From NCBI RefSeq assembly GCF_009914755.1, contig NC_060933.1: a stretch of 64,000 nt of DNA, one strand, 5' to 3'. The notes beneath the pieces were generated by a model. The model was not told where the DNA came from. It saw nothing but the letters and a program-made list of their open reading frames with translations, and did no database searches. The stretch comes from the human T2T-CHM13v2.0 reference genome, Homo sapiens. Made by a program: the position numbers and the translations under genes. Shown here in pieces: positions 1 to 12,783 of the stretch (its first letter is position 1; each line of letters starts with the position of its first letter).

Positions 1-65
1 ATGGAGTTGATTCCATTCCATTCCATTCCATTCCATTCCATTCCATTCCTTTCCATTCCATTCCA

Positions 66-175
66 CTCGGGTTGATTCCATTCTATTAGTTTCCGTTCCA
101 TTCCATTCCCTTCCATTCCACTCGGGTTGATTCCATTCTATTAGTTTCCGTTCCATTCCATTCCCTTCCATTCCA
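66..175 (+). repeat. 55 bp direct tandem duplication (CTCGGGTTGATTCCATTCTATTAGTTTCCGTTCC...), repeated once per HOR unit and at ~50.4 kb
   Basis: CTCGGGTTGATTCCATTCTATTAGTTTCCG starts at 66 and 121. The same pair occurs near 6587/6642, 12781/12836, 19145/19200, 25499/25554 and 50401/50456. Confidence 0.9.
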
Positions 176-726
176 CTCTGGTTGATTCCTTTCCTTTCCA
201 TTCCACTCGAATACATTCCCTCCTATTCCACTCGGAACGATTCCATTCCATTCCATTCCATTCCATTCCATTCCACTCCATTCCATTCCATTCCATTTCA
301 TTCCATTCCATTCTATTCCGTACCATTCCATTCCATTCCATTCCATTCCATTCCATTCCATTCCAGTCCATTCCATTCCATTCCATTCCATTCCATTCCA
401 TTCCATTCCGTTCCATTCCATTTCATTACATTCAGATTGATTCTATTCAATTCCCTAACACTCCATTATATTCCATTACATTCGGGTTGTTTCCATTCCA
501 TTCCATTCCATTCCATTCCATTCCATTCCGGATGATTCCGTTCCATTGCATTCCATTCCATTCCATGCCCCTGTACTCGGGTGGATTCCATTCCATTCCA
601 TTCCATTCCATTCCATTCCATTCCATTCCGTTCCGTTCCTTTCCATTCCATTCCATTCCATTCCATTCCGTTCCGTTCCATTCCATTCCATTCCATACTA
701 TTCGGGTTAATTCCATTCCATTCCAT

Positions 727-740
727 TCGATTGCAATCGA
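727..740. other. 14 bp perfect palindrome TCGATTGCAATCGA (recurrent, 5-6 per HOR unit)
   Basis: Self-complementary by inspection. Copies in unit 1 at 727, 1132, 2031, 2506, 4444 and 5906. Confidence 0.9.
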
Positions 741-920
741 GTTGATTCCATTCCATTCCATTCCATTCGATTCCATTCCATTCCAATTCTTTCCATTCCA
801 TTCTATTCCGTACCATTCCATTCCATTCCATACAATTCCATTCCATTCCTTTCCATTACATTCCATTCCGTTCCGTTCCGTTCCGTTCCGTTCCATTCCA
901 TTCCATTCCATTCCATTCCA

Positions 921-933
921 TTCCGGAAGATTC
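921..933. promoter_or_regulatory. Perfect three-unit heat-shock element TTCCGGAAGATTC (first of 24 counted; candidate HSF1 site)
   Basis: Reads TTC-CG-GAA-GA-TTC, matching the canonical nTTCnnGAAnnTTCn. Motif match only; binding is not shown by the sequence. Confidence 0.55.
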
Positions 934-3900
934 CATTCCGTTGCATTCCATTCCATTCCATTCCCCTGCACTCGCGTTTATTCCCTTCAATTCCATTCCA
1001 TTCCATTCCATTCTTTTCCATTCCGTTCCGTTCCGTTCCATTCCATTCCATTCCATTCCATTCCATTCCGTTCCGTTCTGTTCCATTCCATTCCATTCCA
1101 TTCTATTCGGGTTAATTCCATTCCATTCCATTCGATTGCAATCGATTTGATTCCATTCCATTCCATTCCATTCCATTCCATTCCATTCCATTCCATTCCA
1201 TTTCGCATGATTCCATTCCATTGCATTCCATTCCATCCCGTTCCCCTGTACTCGGGTTGATTCCATTCCATTCCATTCCATTCCATGCCATTCCACTCGT
1301 GTTGATTCCATTCTTTCCATTCCATTCAAGTTGAATGCATTCCATTGCATTCCATTCCATTCGATTCCATTCGATTGCACTCGGGTTGATTCCATTCCAT
1401 TGCATTGCATTCCATTCCATTCCATTCCATTCCATTCCCTTCCATTCCATTCCATTCCATTCCATTATATTAGGGTTAATTCCATTCCATTCCATTCCAT
1501 TCCATTCCATTCCATTCCATTCCATTCCAGTGCAATCGAGTTGATTCCATTCCATTCCATTCCATTCCATTCCATTCCATTCCATTCCATTCAATTCCGG
1601 ATGATTCCATTCCATTGCCTTCCATTGCATTCCATTCCACTGCACTCGGGTTGATTCCATTCCATTCCATTCCATTCCATTCCATTCCATTCCATTCCAT
1701 TTCATTTCGTTCCATTCCATTCTATTCCATTCCAATCCATTCCATTCCATTCCATTTCATTTCGTTCCATTCCATTCTCTTCCGGACCATTCCATTCCAT
1801 TCCATTCCATGCTATTCCACTCCGGTTGATTCCATTCCTTTCCATTCCATTCGACTTGAATCCATTCCATTCCATTCAATTCCATTCGATTCCATTCCAT
1901 TGCACACGGGTTCATTCCATTCCATTCCATTCCATTCCATTCCATTCCGTTCCTTTCCATTCCATTCCATTCCGTTCCGTTCCATTCCATTCCATTCCAT
2001 ACTATTCGGGTTAATTCCATTCCATTCCATTCGATTGCAATCGAGTTGATTCCATTCCATTCCATTCCATTCGATTCCATTCCATTCCAATTCTTTCCAT
2101 TCCATTCTATTCCGTACCATTCCATTCCATTCCATACAATTCCATTCCATTCCTTTCCATTACATTCCATTCCGTTCCGTTCCGTTCCGTTCCGTTCCAT
2201 TCCATTCCATTCCATTCTATTCCATTCCATTGCAATCGAGTTGAATCCATTGCATTCCATTCCATTCCATTCCGTTCCATTCCATTCCATTCCATTCCGG
2301 AAGATTCCATTCCATTGCATTCCATTCCATTCCATTCCCCTGCACTCGCGTTTATTCCCTTCAATTCCATTCCATTCCATTCCATTCCTTTCCATTCCGT
2401 TCCGTTCCGTTCTATTCCATTCCATTCCATTCCATTCCATTCCGTTCCGTTCTGTTCCATTCCATTCCATTCCATTCTATTCGGGTTAATTCCATTCCAT
2501 TCCATTCGATTGCAATCGATTTGATTCCATTCCATTCCATTCCATTCCATTCCATTCCATTCCATTTCGCATGATTCCATTCCATTGCATTCCATTCCAT
2601 CCCGTTCCCCTGTACTCGGGTTGATTCCATTCCATTCCATTCCATTCCATGCCATTCCACTCGTGTTGATTCCATTCTTTCCATTCCATTCAAGTTGAAT
2701 CCATTCCATTGCATTCCATTCCATTCGATTCCATTCGATTGCACTCGGGTTGATTCCATTCCATTGCATTGCATTCCATTCCATTCCATTCCATTCCATT
2801 CCCTTCCATTCCATTCCATTCCATTCCATTATATTAGGGTTAATTCCATTCCATTCCATTCCATTCCATTCCATTCCATTCCATTCCATTCCATTCCATT
2901 CCATTCCATTCCAGTGCAATCGAGTTGATTCCATTCCATTCCATTCCATTCCATTCCATTCCATTCCATTCCATTCCATTCAATTCCGGATGATTCCATT
3001 CCATTGCCTTCCATTCCATTCCATTCCACTGCACTCGGGTTGATTCCATTCCATTCCATTCCATTCCATTCCATTCCATTCCATTCCATTCCATTTCATT
3101 TCGTTCCATTCCATTCTATTCCATTCCAATCCATTCCATTCCATTCCATTTCATTTCGTTCCATTCCATTCTCTTCCGGACCATTCCATTCCATTCCATT
3201 CCATGCTATTCCACTCCGGTTGATTCCATTCCTTTCCATTCCATTCGACTTGAATCCATTCCATTCCATTCAATTCCATTCGATTCCATTCCATTGCACA
3301 CGGGTTCATTCCATTCCATTCCATTCCATTCCATTCAATTCCGGATGATTCCATTCCATTGCCTTCCATTCCATTCCATTCCACTGCACTCGGGTTGATT
3401 CCATTCCATTCCATTCCATTCCATTCCATTCCATTCCATTCCATTCCATTCCATTTCATTTCGTTCCATTCCATTCTATTGCATACCATTCCATTCCATT
3501 CCATTCCATTCCATTCCATTCCATTTCATTTCGTTCCATTCCATTCTATTGCATACCATTCCATTCCATTCCATTCCATTCCATTGCATTCCACTCGTGT
3601 TGATTCCATCCCTTTCCATTCCATTCGGTTTGAAGGCATTCCATTCCATTCCATTCCATTCCATTCCATTCCATTCCATTCCACTCCATTGTACTCGGGT
3701 TGATTCCATTCCATTGCATTCCACTCCATTCCATTCCATTCCATTCCGTTGCATTCCATTCCATTACATTCGGATTGATTCTATTCAACTCCCTTACTCT
3801 CCATTACATTCAATTCCATTCGGGTTGTTCCATTCCATTCCATTCCATTCCACTCCATTCCATTGCACTCGGGTTGATTCCATTCCATTCCATTCCATTC

Positions 3901-5754
3901 CATTCCATTCCATTCCATTCCGGATGATTCCATTCCATTGCATTCCGTTCCATTACATTCCCCTGCACTCGCGTTGATTCCATTCCATTCCATTCCATTC
4001 AATTCAATTCCATTCCATTACAATTCCTTCCATTCCATTCTATTCCGTACCATTCCATTCCATTCCATACCATTCCATTCCATTCCATTCCATTCCATTC
4101 TGTTCCATTCCGTTCCATTCCATTCCATTCCATTCTATTCGGGTTTAATCCATTCCATTCCATTCCATTCCATTCCATTCCATTCTATTCCTTTCCATTG
4201 CAATCGAGTTGAATCCATTGCATTTCATTCCATTCCATTCCATTCAATTCCATTCCGGAAGATTCCATTCCGTTGCATTCCATTCCATTCCATTCCCCTG
4301 CACTCGCGTTGATTCCATTCCATTCCATTCCATTCCATTCCGTTCCGTTCCATTCCATTCCATTCCATTCCATTCCATTCCGTTCCGTTCCGTTCCATTC
4401 CATTCCATTCCATTCTATTCGGGTTAATTCCATTCCATTCCATTCGATTGCAATCGAGTTGATTACATTCCATTCCATTGCATTCCATTCCATTGCATTC
4501 CATTCCATTCCTTTCCATTCCATTACGGATGATTCCATTCCATTGCATTCCATTCCATTCCATTCCCCTGTACTCGGGTTGATTCGATTCCATTCCATTC
4601 CAATCCATGCCATTCCACTCGTGTTGATTCCATTCTTTCCATTCCATTCAGTTTGAATCCATTCCATTGCATTCCATTCCATTCGATTCCATTCGATTGC
4701 ACTCGGGTTGATTCCATTCCGTTGCATTCCATTCAATTCCATTCCATTCCATTCCATTCCATTCCGTTCCATTCCATTCCATTGCATTCGGATTGATTCT
4801 ATTCAATTCCCTTACACTCCATTACATTCCATTCCATTCGGGTAGTTTCCATTCCATTCCATTCCATTCCTCTCCATTCCATTGCATTCGGGTTGATTCC
4901 ATTCCATTGCATTCCATTCCATTCCATTCAATTCCATTCCTTTCCATTCCATTCCATTACATTCGGATTGATTCTATTCAACTCCCTTACTCTCCATTAC
5001 ATTCCATTCCATTCGGGTTGTTCCATTCCATTCCATTCCATTCCACCCCATTCCATTGCACTCGGGTTGATTCCATTCCTTTCCATTCCACTCGAATACA
5101 TTCCCTCATATTCCACTCGGAACGATTCCATTCCATTCCATTCCATTCCATTCCATTCCATTTCGTTCCATTCCATTCTATTCCGTACCATTCCATTCCA
5201 TTCCATTTCTGTCCATTCCATTCCATTCCACTCGTGTTGATTCCATTCCTTTCCATTCCATTCGGTTTGAACGCATTCCATTCCATTCCATTCCATTCCA
5301 TTCCATTCCATTCCATTCCATTCCGTTGTACTCGGGTTGATTCCATTCCATTGCATTCCATTCCATTCCATTCCATTCCATTCCATTCCGTTGCATTCCA
5401 TTCCATTACATTCGGATTGATTCTATTCAACACCCTTACTCTCCATTACATTCCATTCCATTCGGGTTGTTCCATTCCATTCCATTCCATTCCACTCCAT
5501 TCCATTGCACTCGGGTTAATTCCATTCCATTCCATTCCATTCCATTCAATTCCGGATGATTCCATTCCATTCCATTCCATTCCATTCCATTCCATTCCAT
5601 TCCATTCCGTTCCGTTCCGTTCCGTTCCATACCATTGCATTCCATTCTATTCGGGTTAATTCCATTCCATTCCATTCCATTCCATTCTATTCCATTCCAT
5701 TGCAATCGAGTTGAATCCATTGCATTCCATTCCATTCCATTCCATTCCATACCA

Positions 5755-5767
5755 TTCCAGAAGATTC
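5755..5767. promoter_or_regulatory. Perfect three-unit heat-shock element TTCCAGAAGATTC (CpG-free variant; also at 11934, 18298, 24652, 49564)
   Basis: Reads TTC-CA-GAA-GA-TTC. Motif match only. Confidence 0.55.
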
Positions 5768-6589
5768 CATTCCATTGCATTCCATTCCATTCCATTCCCC
5801 TGCACTCGCGTTGATTCCATTCCATTCCATTCCATTCCATTCCGTTCCGTTCCGTTCCGTTCCATTCCATTCCATTCTATTCGGGTTAATTCCATTCCAT
5901 TCCATTCGATTGCAATCGAGTTGATTCCATTCCATTCCATTCCATTCCATTCCATTCCATTCCTTTCCATTCCATTACGGATGATTCCATTCCATTGCAT
6001 TCCATTCCATTCCATTCCCCTGTACTCGGGTTGATTCCATTCCATTCCATTCCATTCCATTCTATTCCATTCCATTCCATTCCATACCGGAAGATTCCAT
6101 TCCATTGCATTCCATTCCATTCCATTCCCCTGCACTCGGGTTGATTCCATTCCATTCCATTCTATTCCATTCCATTCCATTCCGTTGCGTTCCGTTCCGT
6201 TCCATTCCATTCCATTCCATTCCGTTCTGTTCCGTTCCATTCCATTCCATTCCATTCCATTACAATCGAGTTGATTCCATTCCATTCCATTCCATTCCAT
6301 TCCATTCCATTCCATTCCTTTCCATTCCATTCCACTCGGGTTGATTCCATTCTATTAGTTTCCGTTCCATTCCATTCCCTTCCATTCCACTCTGGTTGAC
6401 TCCTTTCCTTTCCATTCCACTCGAATACATTCCCTCCTATTCCACTCGGAACGATTCCATTCCATTCCATTCCATTCCATTCCATTCCATTCCATTACAA
6501 TTGAGTTGATTCCATTCCATTCCATTCCATTCCATTCCATTCCATTCCATTCCTTTCCATTCCATTCCACTCGGGTTGATTCCATTCTA

Positions 6590-9500
6590 TTAGTTTCCGT
6601 TCCATTCCATTCCCTTCCATTCCACTCGGGTTGATTCCATTCTATTAGTTTCCGTTCCATTCCATTCCCTTCCATTCCACTCTGGTTGATTCCTTTCCTT
6701 TCCATTCCACTCGAATACATTCCCTCCTATTCCACTCGGAACGATTCCATTCCATTCCATTCCATTCCATTCCATTCCACTCCATTCCATTCCATTCCAT
6801 TTCGTTCCATTCCATTCTATTCCGTACCATTCCATTCCATTCCATTCCATTCCATTCCATTCCACTCCATTCCATTCCATTCCATTCCATTCCATTCCGT
6901 TCCATTCCATTCCGTTCCATTCCATTTCATTACATTCAGATTGATTCTATTCAATTCCCTAACACTCCATTACATTCCATTCCATTCGGGTTGTTTCCAT
7001 TCCATTCCATTCCATTCCATTCCATTCCATTCCATTCCGGATGATTCCGTTCCATTGCATTCCATTCCATTCCATGCCCCTGCACTCGGGTGGATTCCAT
7101 TCCATTCCATTCCGTTCGATTCCATTCCATTCCAATTCTTTCCATTCCATTCTATTCCGTACCATTCCATTCCATTCCATACAATTCCATTCCATTCCTT
7201 TCCATTACATTCCATTCCGTTCCGTTCCGTTCCGTTCCGTTCCATTCCATTCCATTCCATTCTATTCCATTCCATTGCAATCGAGTTGAATCCATTGCAT
7301 TCCATTCCATTCCATTCCATTCCATTCCATTCCATTCCATTCCGGAAGATTCCATTCCATTGCATTCCATTCCATTCCATTCCCCTGCACTCGCGTTTAT
7401 TCCCTTCAATTCCATTCCATTCCATTCCATTCCTTTCCATTCCGTTCCGTTCCGTTCCATTCCATTCCATTCCATTCCATTCCATTCCGTTCCGTTCTGT
7501 TCCATTCCATTCCATTCCATTCTATTCGGGTTAATTCCATTCCATTCCATTCGATTGCAATCGATTTGATTCCATTCCATTCCATTCCATTCCATTCCAT
7601 TCCATTCCATTCCATTTCGCATGATTCCATTCCATTGCATTCCATTCCATCCCGTTCCCCTGTACTCGGGTTGATTCCATTCCATTCCATTCCATTCCAT
7701 TCCATGCCATTCCACTCGTGTTGATTCCATTCTTTCCATTCCATTCAAGTTGAATCCATTCCATTGCATTCCATTCCATTCGATTCCATTCGATTGTATT
7801 CGGGTTGATTCCATTCCATTGCATTGCATTCCATTCCATTCCATTCCATTCCATTCCCTTCCATTCCATTCCATTCCATTCCATTATATTAGGGTTAATT
7901 CCATTCCATTCCATTCCATTCCATTCCATTCCATTCCATTCCAGTGCAATCGAGTTGATTCCATTCCATTCCATTCCATTCCATTCCATTCCATTCCATT
8001 CCATTCAATTCCGGATGATTCCATTCCATTGCCTTCCATTCCATTCCATTCCACTGCACTCGGGTTGATTCCATTCCATTCCATTCCATTCCATTCCATT
8101 CCATTCCATTCCATTCCGGATGATTCCGTTCCATTGCATTCCATTCCATTCCATGCCCCTGCACTCGGGTGGATTCCATTCCATTCCATTCCATTCCATT
8201 CCATTCCATTCCATTCCGTTCCGTTCCTTTCCATTCCATTCCATTCCATTCCATTCCGTTCCGTTCCATTCCATTCCATTCCATACTATTCGGGTTAATT
8301 CCATTCCATTCCATTCGATTGCAATCGAGTTGATTCCATTCCATTCCATTCCATTCGATTCCATTCCATTCCAATTCTTTCCATTCCATTCTATTCCGTA
8401 CCATTCCATTCCATTCCATACAATTCCATTCCATTCCTTTCCATTACATTCCATTCCGTTCCGTTCCGTTCCGTTCCGTTCCATTCCATTCCATTCCATT
8501 CTATTCCATTCCATTGCAATCGAGTTGAATCCATTGCATTCCATTCCATTCCATTCCATTCCATTCCATTCCATTCCATTCCGGAAGATTCCATTCCATT
8601 GCATTCCATTCCATTCCATTCCCCTGCACTCGCGTTTATTCCCTTCAATTCCATTCCATTCCATTCCATTCCTTTCCATTCCGTTCCGTTCCGTTCCATT
8701 CCATTCCATTCCATTCCATTCCGTTCCGTTCTGTTCCATTCCATTCCATTCCATTCTATTCGGGTTAATTCCATTCCATTCCATTCGATTGCAATCGATT
8801 TGATTCCATTCCATTCCATTCCATTCCATTCCATTCCATTCCATTTCGCATGATTCCATTCCATTGCATTCCATTCCATCCCGTTCCCCTGTACTCGGGT
8901 TGATTCCATTCCATTCCATTCCATTCCATGCCATTCCACTCGTGTTGATTCCATTCTTTCCATTCCATTCAAGTTGAATCCATTCCATTGCATTCCATTC
9001 CATTCGATTCCATTCGATTGCACTCGGGTTGATTCCATTCCATTGCATTGCATTCCATTCCATTCCATTCCATTCCATTCCCTTCCATTCCATTCCATTC
9101 CATTCCATTATATTAGGGTTAATTCCATTCCATTCCATTCCATTCCATTCCATTCCATTCCATTCCAGTGCAATCGAGTTGATTCCATTCCATTCCATTC
9201 CATTCCATTCCATTCCATTCCATTCCATTCAATTCCGGATGATTCCATTCCATTGCCTTCCATTGCATTCCATTCCACTGCACTCGGGTTGATTCCATTC
9301 CATTCCATTCCATTCCATTCCATTCCATTCCATTCCATTTCATTTCGTTCCATTCCATTATATTCCATTCCAATCCATTCCATTCCATTCCATTTCATTT
9401 CGTTCCATTCCATTCTCTTCCGGACCATTCCATTCCATTCCATTCCATGCTATTCCACTCAGGTTGATTCCATTCCTTTCCAATCCATTCGACTTGAATC

Positions 9501-12500
9501 CATTCCATTCCATTCAATTCCATTCGATTCCATTCCATTGCACACGGGTTCATTCCATTCCATTCCATTCCATTCCATTCAATTCCGGATGATTCCATTC
9601 CATTGCCTTCCATTCCATTCCATTCCACTGCACTCGGGTTGATTCCATTCCATTCCATTCCATTCCATTCCATTCCATTCCATTCCATTCCATTTCATTT
9701 CGTTCCATTCCATTCTATTGCATACCATTCCATTCCATTCCATTCCATTCCATTGCATTCCACTCGTGTTGATTCCATCCCTTTCCATTCCATTCGGTTT
9801 GAAGGCATTCCATTCCATTCCATTCCATTCCATTCCATTCCATTCCATTCCACTCCATTGTACTCGGGTTGATTCCATTCCATTGCATTCCACTCCATTC
9901 CATTCCATTCCATTCCGTTGCATTCTATTCCATTACATTCGGATTGATTCTATTCAACTCCCTTACTCTCCATTACATTCAATTCCATTCGGGTTGTTCC
10001 ATTCCATTCCATTCCATTCCACTCCATTCCATTGCACTCGGGTTGATTCCATTCCATTCCATTCCATTCCATTCCATTCCATTCCGGATGATTCCATTCC
10101 ATTGCATTCCGTTCCATTACATTCCCCTGCACTCGCGTTGATTCCATTCCATTCCATTCCATTCAATTCAATTCCATTCCATTACAATTCCTTCCATTCC
10201 ATTCTATTCCGTACCATTCCATTCCATTCCATACCATTCCATTCCATTCCATTCCATTCCATTCTGTTCCATTCCGTTCCATTCCATTCCATTCCATTCT
10301 ATTCGGGTTTAATCCATTCCATTCCATTCCATTCCATTCCATTCCATTCTATTCCTTTCCATTGCAATCGAGTTGAATCCATTGCATTTCATTCCATTCC
10401 ATTCCATTCAATTCCATTCCGGAAGATTCCATTCCGTTGCATTCCATTCCATTCCATTCCCCTGCACTCGCGTTGATTCCATTCCATTCCATTCCATTCC
10501 ATTCCGTTCCGTTCCATTCCATTCCATTCCATTCCATTCCATTCCGTTCCGTTCCGTTCCATTCCATTCCATTCCATTCTATTCGGGTTAATTCCATTCC
10601 ATTCCATTCGATTGCAATCGAGTTGATTACATTCCATTCCATTGCATTCCATTCCATTCCATTCCATTCCATTCCTTTCCATTCCATTACGGATGATTCC
10701 ATTCCATTGCATTCCATTCCATTCCATTCCCCTGTACTCGGGTTGATTCGATTCCATTCCATTCCAATCCATGCCATTCCACTCGTGTTGATTCCATTCT
10801 TTCCATTCCATTCAATTTGAATCCATTCCATTGCATTCCATTCCATTCGATTCCATTCGATTGCACTCGGGTTGATTCCATTCCGTTGCATTCCATTCAA
10901 TTCCATTCCATTCCATTCCATTCCATTCCGTTCCATTCCATTCCATTGCATTCGGATTGATTCTATTCAATTCCCTTACACTCCATTACATTCCATTCCA
11001 TTCGGGTAGTTTCCATTCCATTCCATTCCATTCCTCTCCATTCCATTGCATTCGGGTTGATTCCATTCCATTGCATTCCATTCCATTCCATTCAATTCCA
11101 TTCCTTTCCATTCCATTCCATTACATTCGGATTGATTCTATTCAACTCCCTTACTCTCCATTACATTCCATTCCATTCGGGTTGTTCCATTCCATTCCAT
11201 TCCATTCCACCCCATTCCATTGCACTCGGGTTGATTCCATTCCTTTCCATTCCACTCGAATACATTCCCTCATATTCCACTCGGAACGATTCCATTCCAT
11301 TCCATTCCATTCCATTCCATTCCATTTCGTTCCATTCCATTCTATTCCGTACCATTCCATTCCATTCCATTTCTGTCCATTCCATTCCATTCCACTCGTG
11401 TTGATTCCATTCCTTTCCATTCCATTCGATTTGAACGCATTCCATTCCATTCCATTCCATTCCATTCCATTCCATTCCATTCCATTCCATTCCGTTGTAC
11501 TCGGGTTGATTCCATTCCATTGCATTCCATTCCATTCCATTCCATTCCATTCCATTCCATTCCATTCCGTTGCATTCCATTCCATTACATTCGGATTGAT
11601 TCTATTCAACACCCTTACTCTCCATTACATTCCATTCCATTCGGGTTGTTCCATTCCATTCCATTCCATTCCACTCCATTCCATTGCACTCGGGTTAATT
11701 CCATTCCATTCCATTCCATTCCATTCAATTCCGGATGATTCCATTCCATTCCATTCCATTCCATTCCATTCCATTCCATTCCGTTCCGTTCCGTTCCGTT
11801 CCGTTCCATACCATTGCATTCCATTCTATTCGGGTTAATTCCATTCCATTCCATTCCATTCAATTCTATTCCATTCCATTGCAATCGAGTTGAATCCATT
11901 GCATTCCATTCCATTCCATTCCATTCCATACCATTCCAGAAGATTCCATTCCATTGCATTCCATTCCATTCCATTCCCCTGCACTCGCGTTGATTCCATT
12001 CCATTCCATTCCATTCCATTCCGTTCCGTTCCGTTCCGTTCCATTCCATTCCATTCTATTCGGGTTAATTCCATTCCATTCCATTCGATTGCAATCGAGT
12101 TGATTCCATTCCATTCCATTCCATTCCATTCCATTCCATTCCTTTCCATTCCATTACGGATGATTCCATTCCATTACATTCCATTCCATTCCATTCCCCT
12201 GTACTCGGGTTGATTCCATTCCATTGCATTCCATTCCATTCTATTCCATTCCATTCCATTCCATACCGGAAGATTCCATTCCATTGCATTCCATTCCATT
12301 CCATTCCCCTGCACTCGGGTTGATTCCATTCCATTCCATTCTATTCCATTCCATTCCATTCCGTTGCGTTCCGTTCCGTTCCATTCCATTCCATTCCATT
12401 CCATTCCGTTCCGTTCCGTTCCATTCCATTCCATTCCATTCCATTACAATCGAGTTGATTCCATTCCATTCCATTCCATTCCATTCCATTCCATTCCATT

Positions 12501-12783
12501 CCATTCCTTTCCATTCCATTCCACTCGGGTTGATTCCATTCTATTAGTTTCCGTTCCATTCCATTCCCTTCCATTCCACTCTGGTTGACTCCTTTCCTTT
12601 CCATTCCACTCGAATACATTCCCTCCTATTCCACTCGGAACGATTCCATTCCATTCCATTCCATTCCATTCCATTCCATTCCATTCCATTACAATTGAGT
12701 TGATTCCATTCCATTCCATTCCATTCCATTCCATTCCATTCCATTGCTTTCCATTCCATTCCACTCGGGTTGATTCCATTCTA
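6590..12783 (+). repeat. HOR unit 2 (6194 bp, ~160 bp internal deletion)
   Basis: The distance from CGGGTGG (about 7090) to CAATTCTTT (about 7133) is about 43 bp, versus about 203 bp in unit 3 (about 13285 to 13488). Confidence 0.88.

Larger units (their letters stand above)
86..6589 (+). repeat. HOR unit 1 (6504 bp, structural variant)
   Basis: Has an extra CTCTTCCGGACC/CGACTTGAA/GCACACGGG block at about 1700-1920, a 70 bp duplication (GCATACC at 3481 and 3551), and lacks a segment before the GGAAGA word at about 925 relative to units 2-5. The unit boundary is arbitrary, set at an ORF landmark. Confidence 0.88.

Noticed and set aside
231-245. CTCGGAACGATTCC as a heat-shock element
   Set aside because: GAA and TTC are separated by 3 nt rather than 2, so the HSE geometry is not met.
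921-928. TTCCGGAA as a STAT (GAS) site
   Set aside because: A canonical GAS is TTCN3GAA (N4 for STAT6); the spacer here is only 2 nt.
1470-1478. Interstitial telomeric repeat
   Set aside because: Only single TTAGGG hexamers arising from a C>A change in TTCGGG; no tandem (TTAGGG)n. Kept only as a possible half-site.
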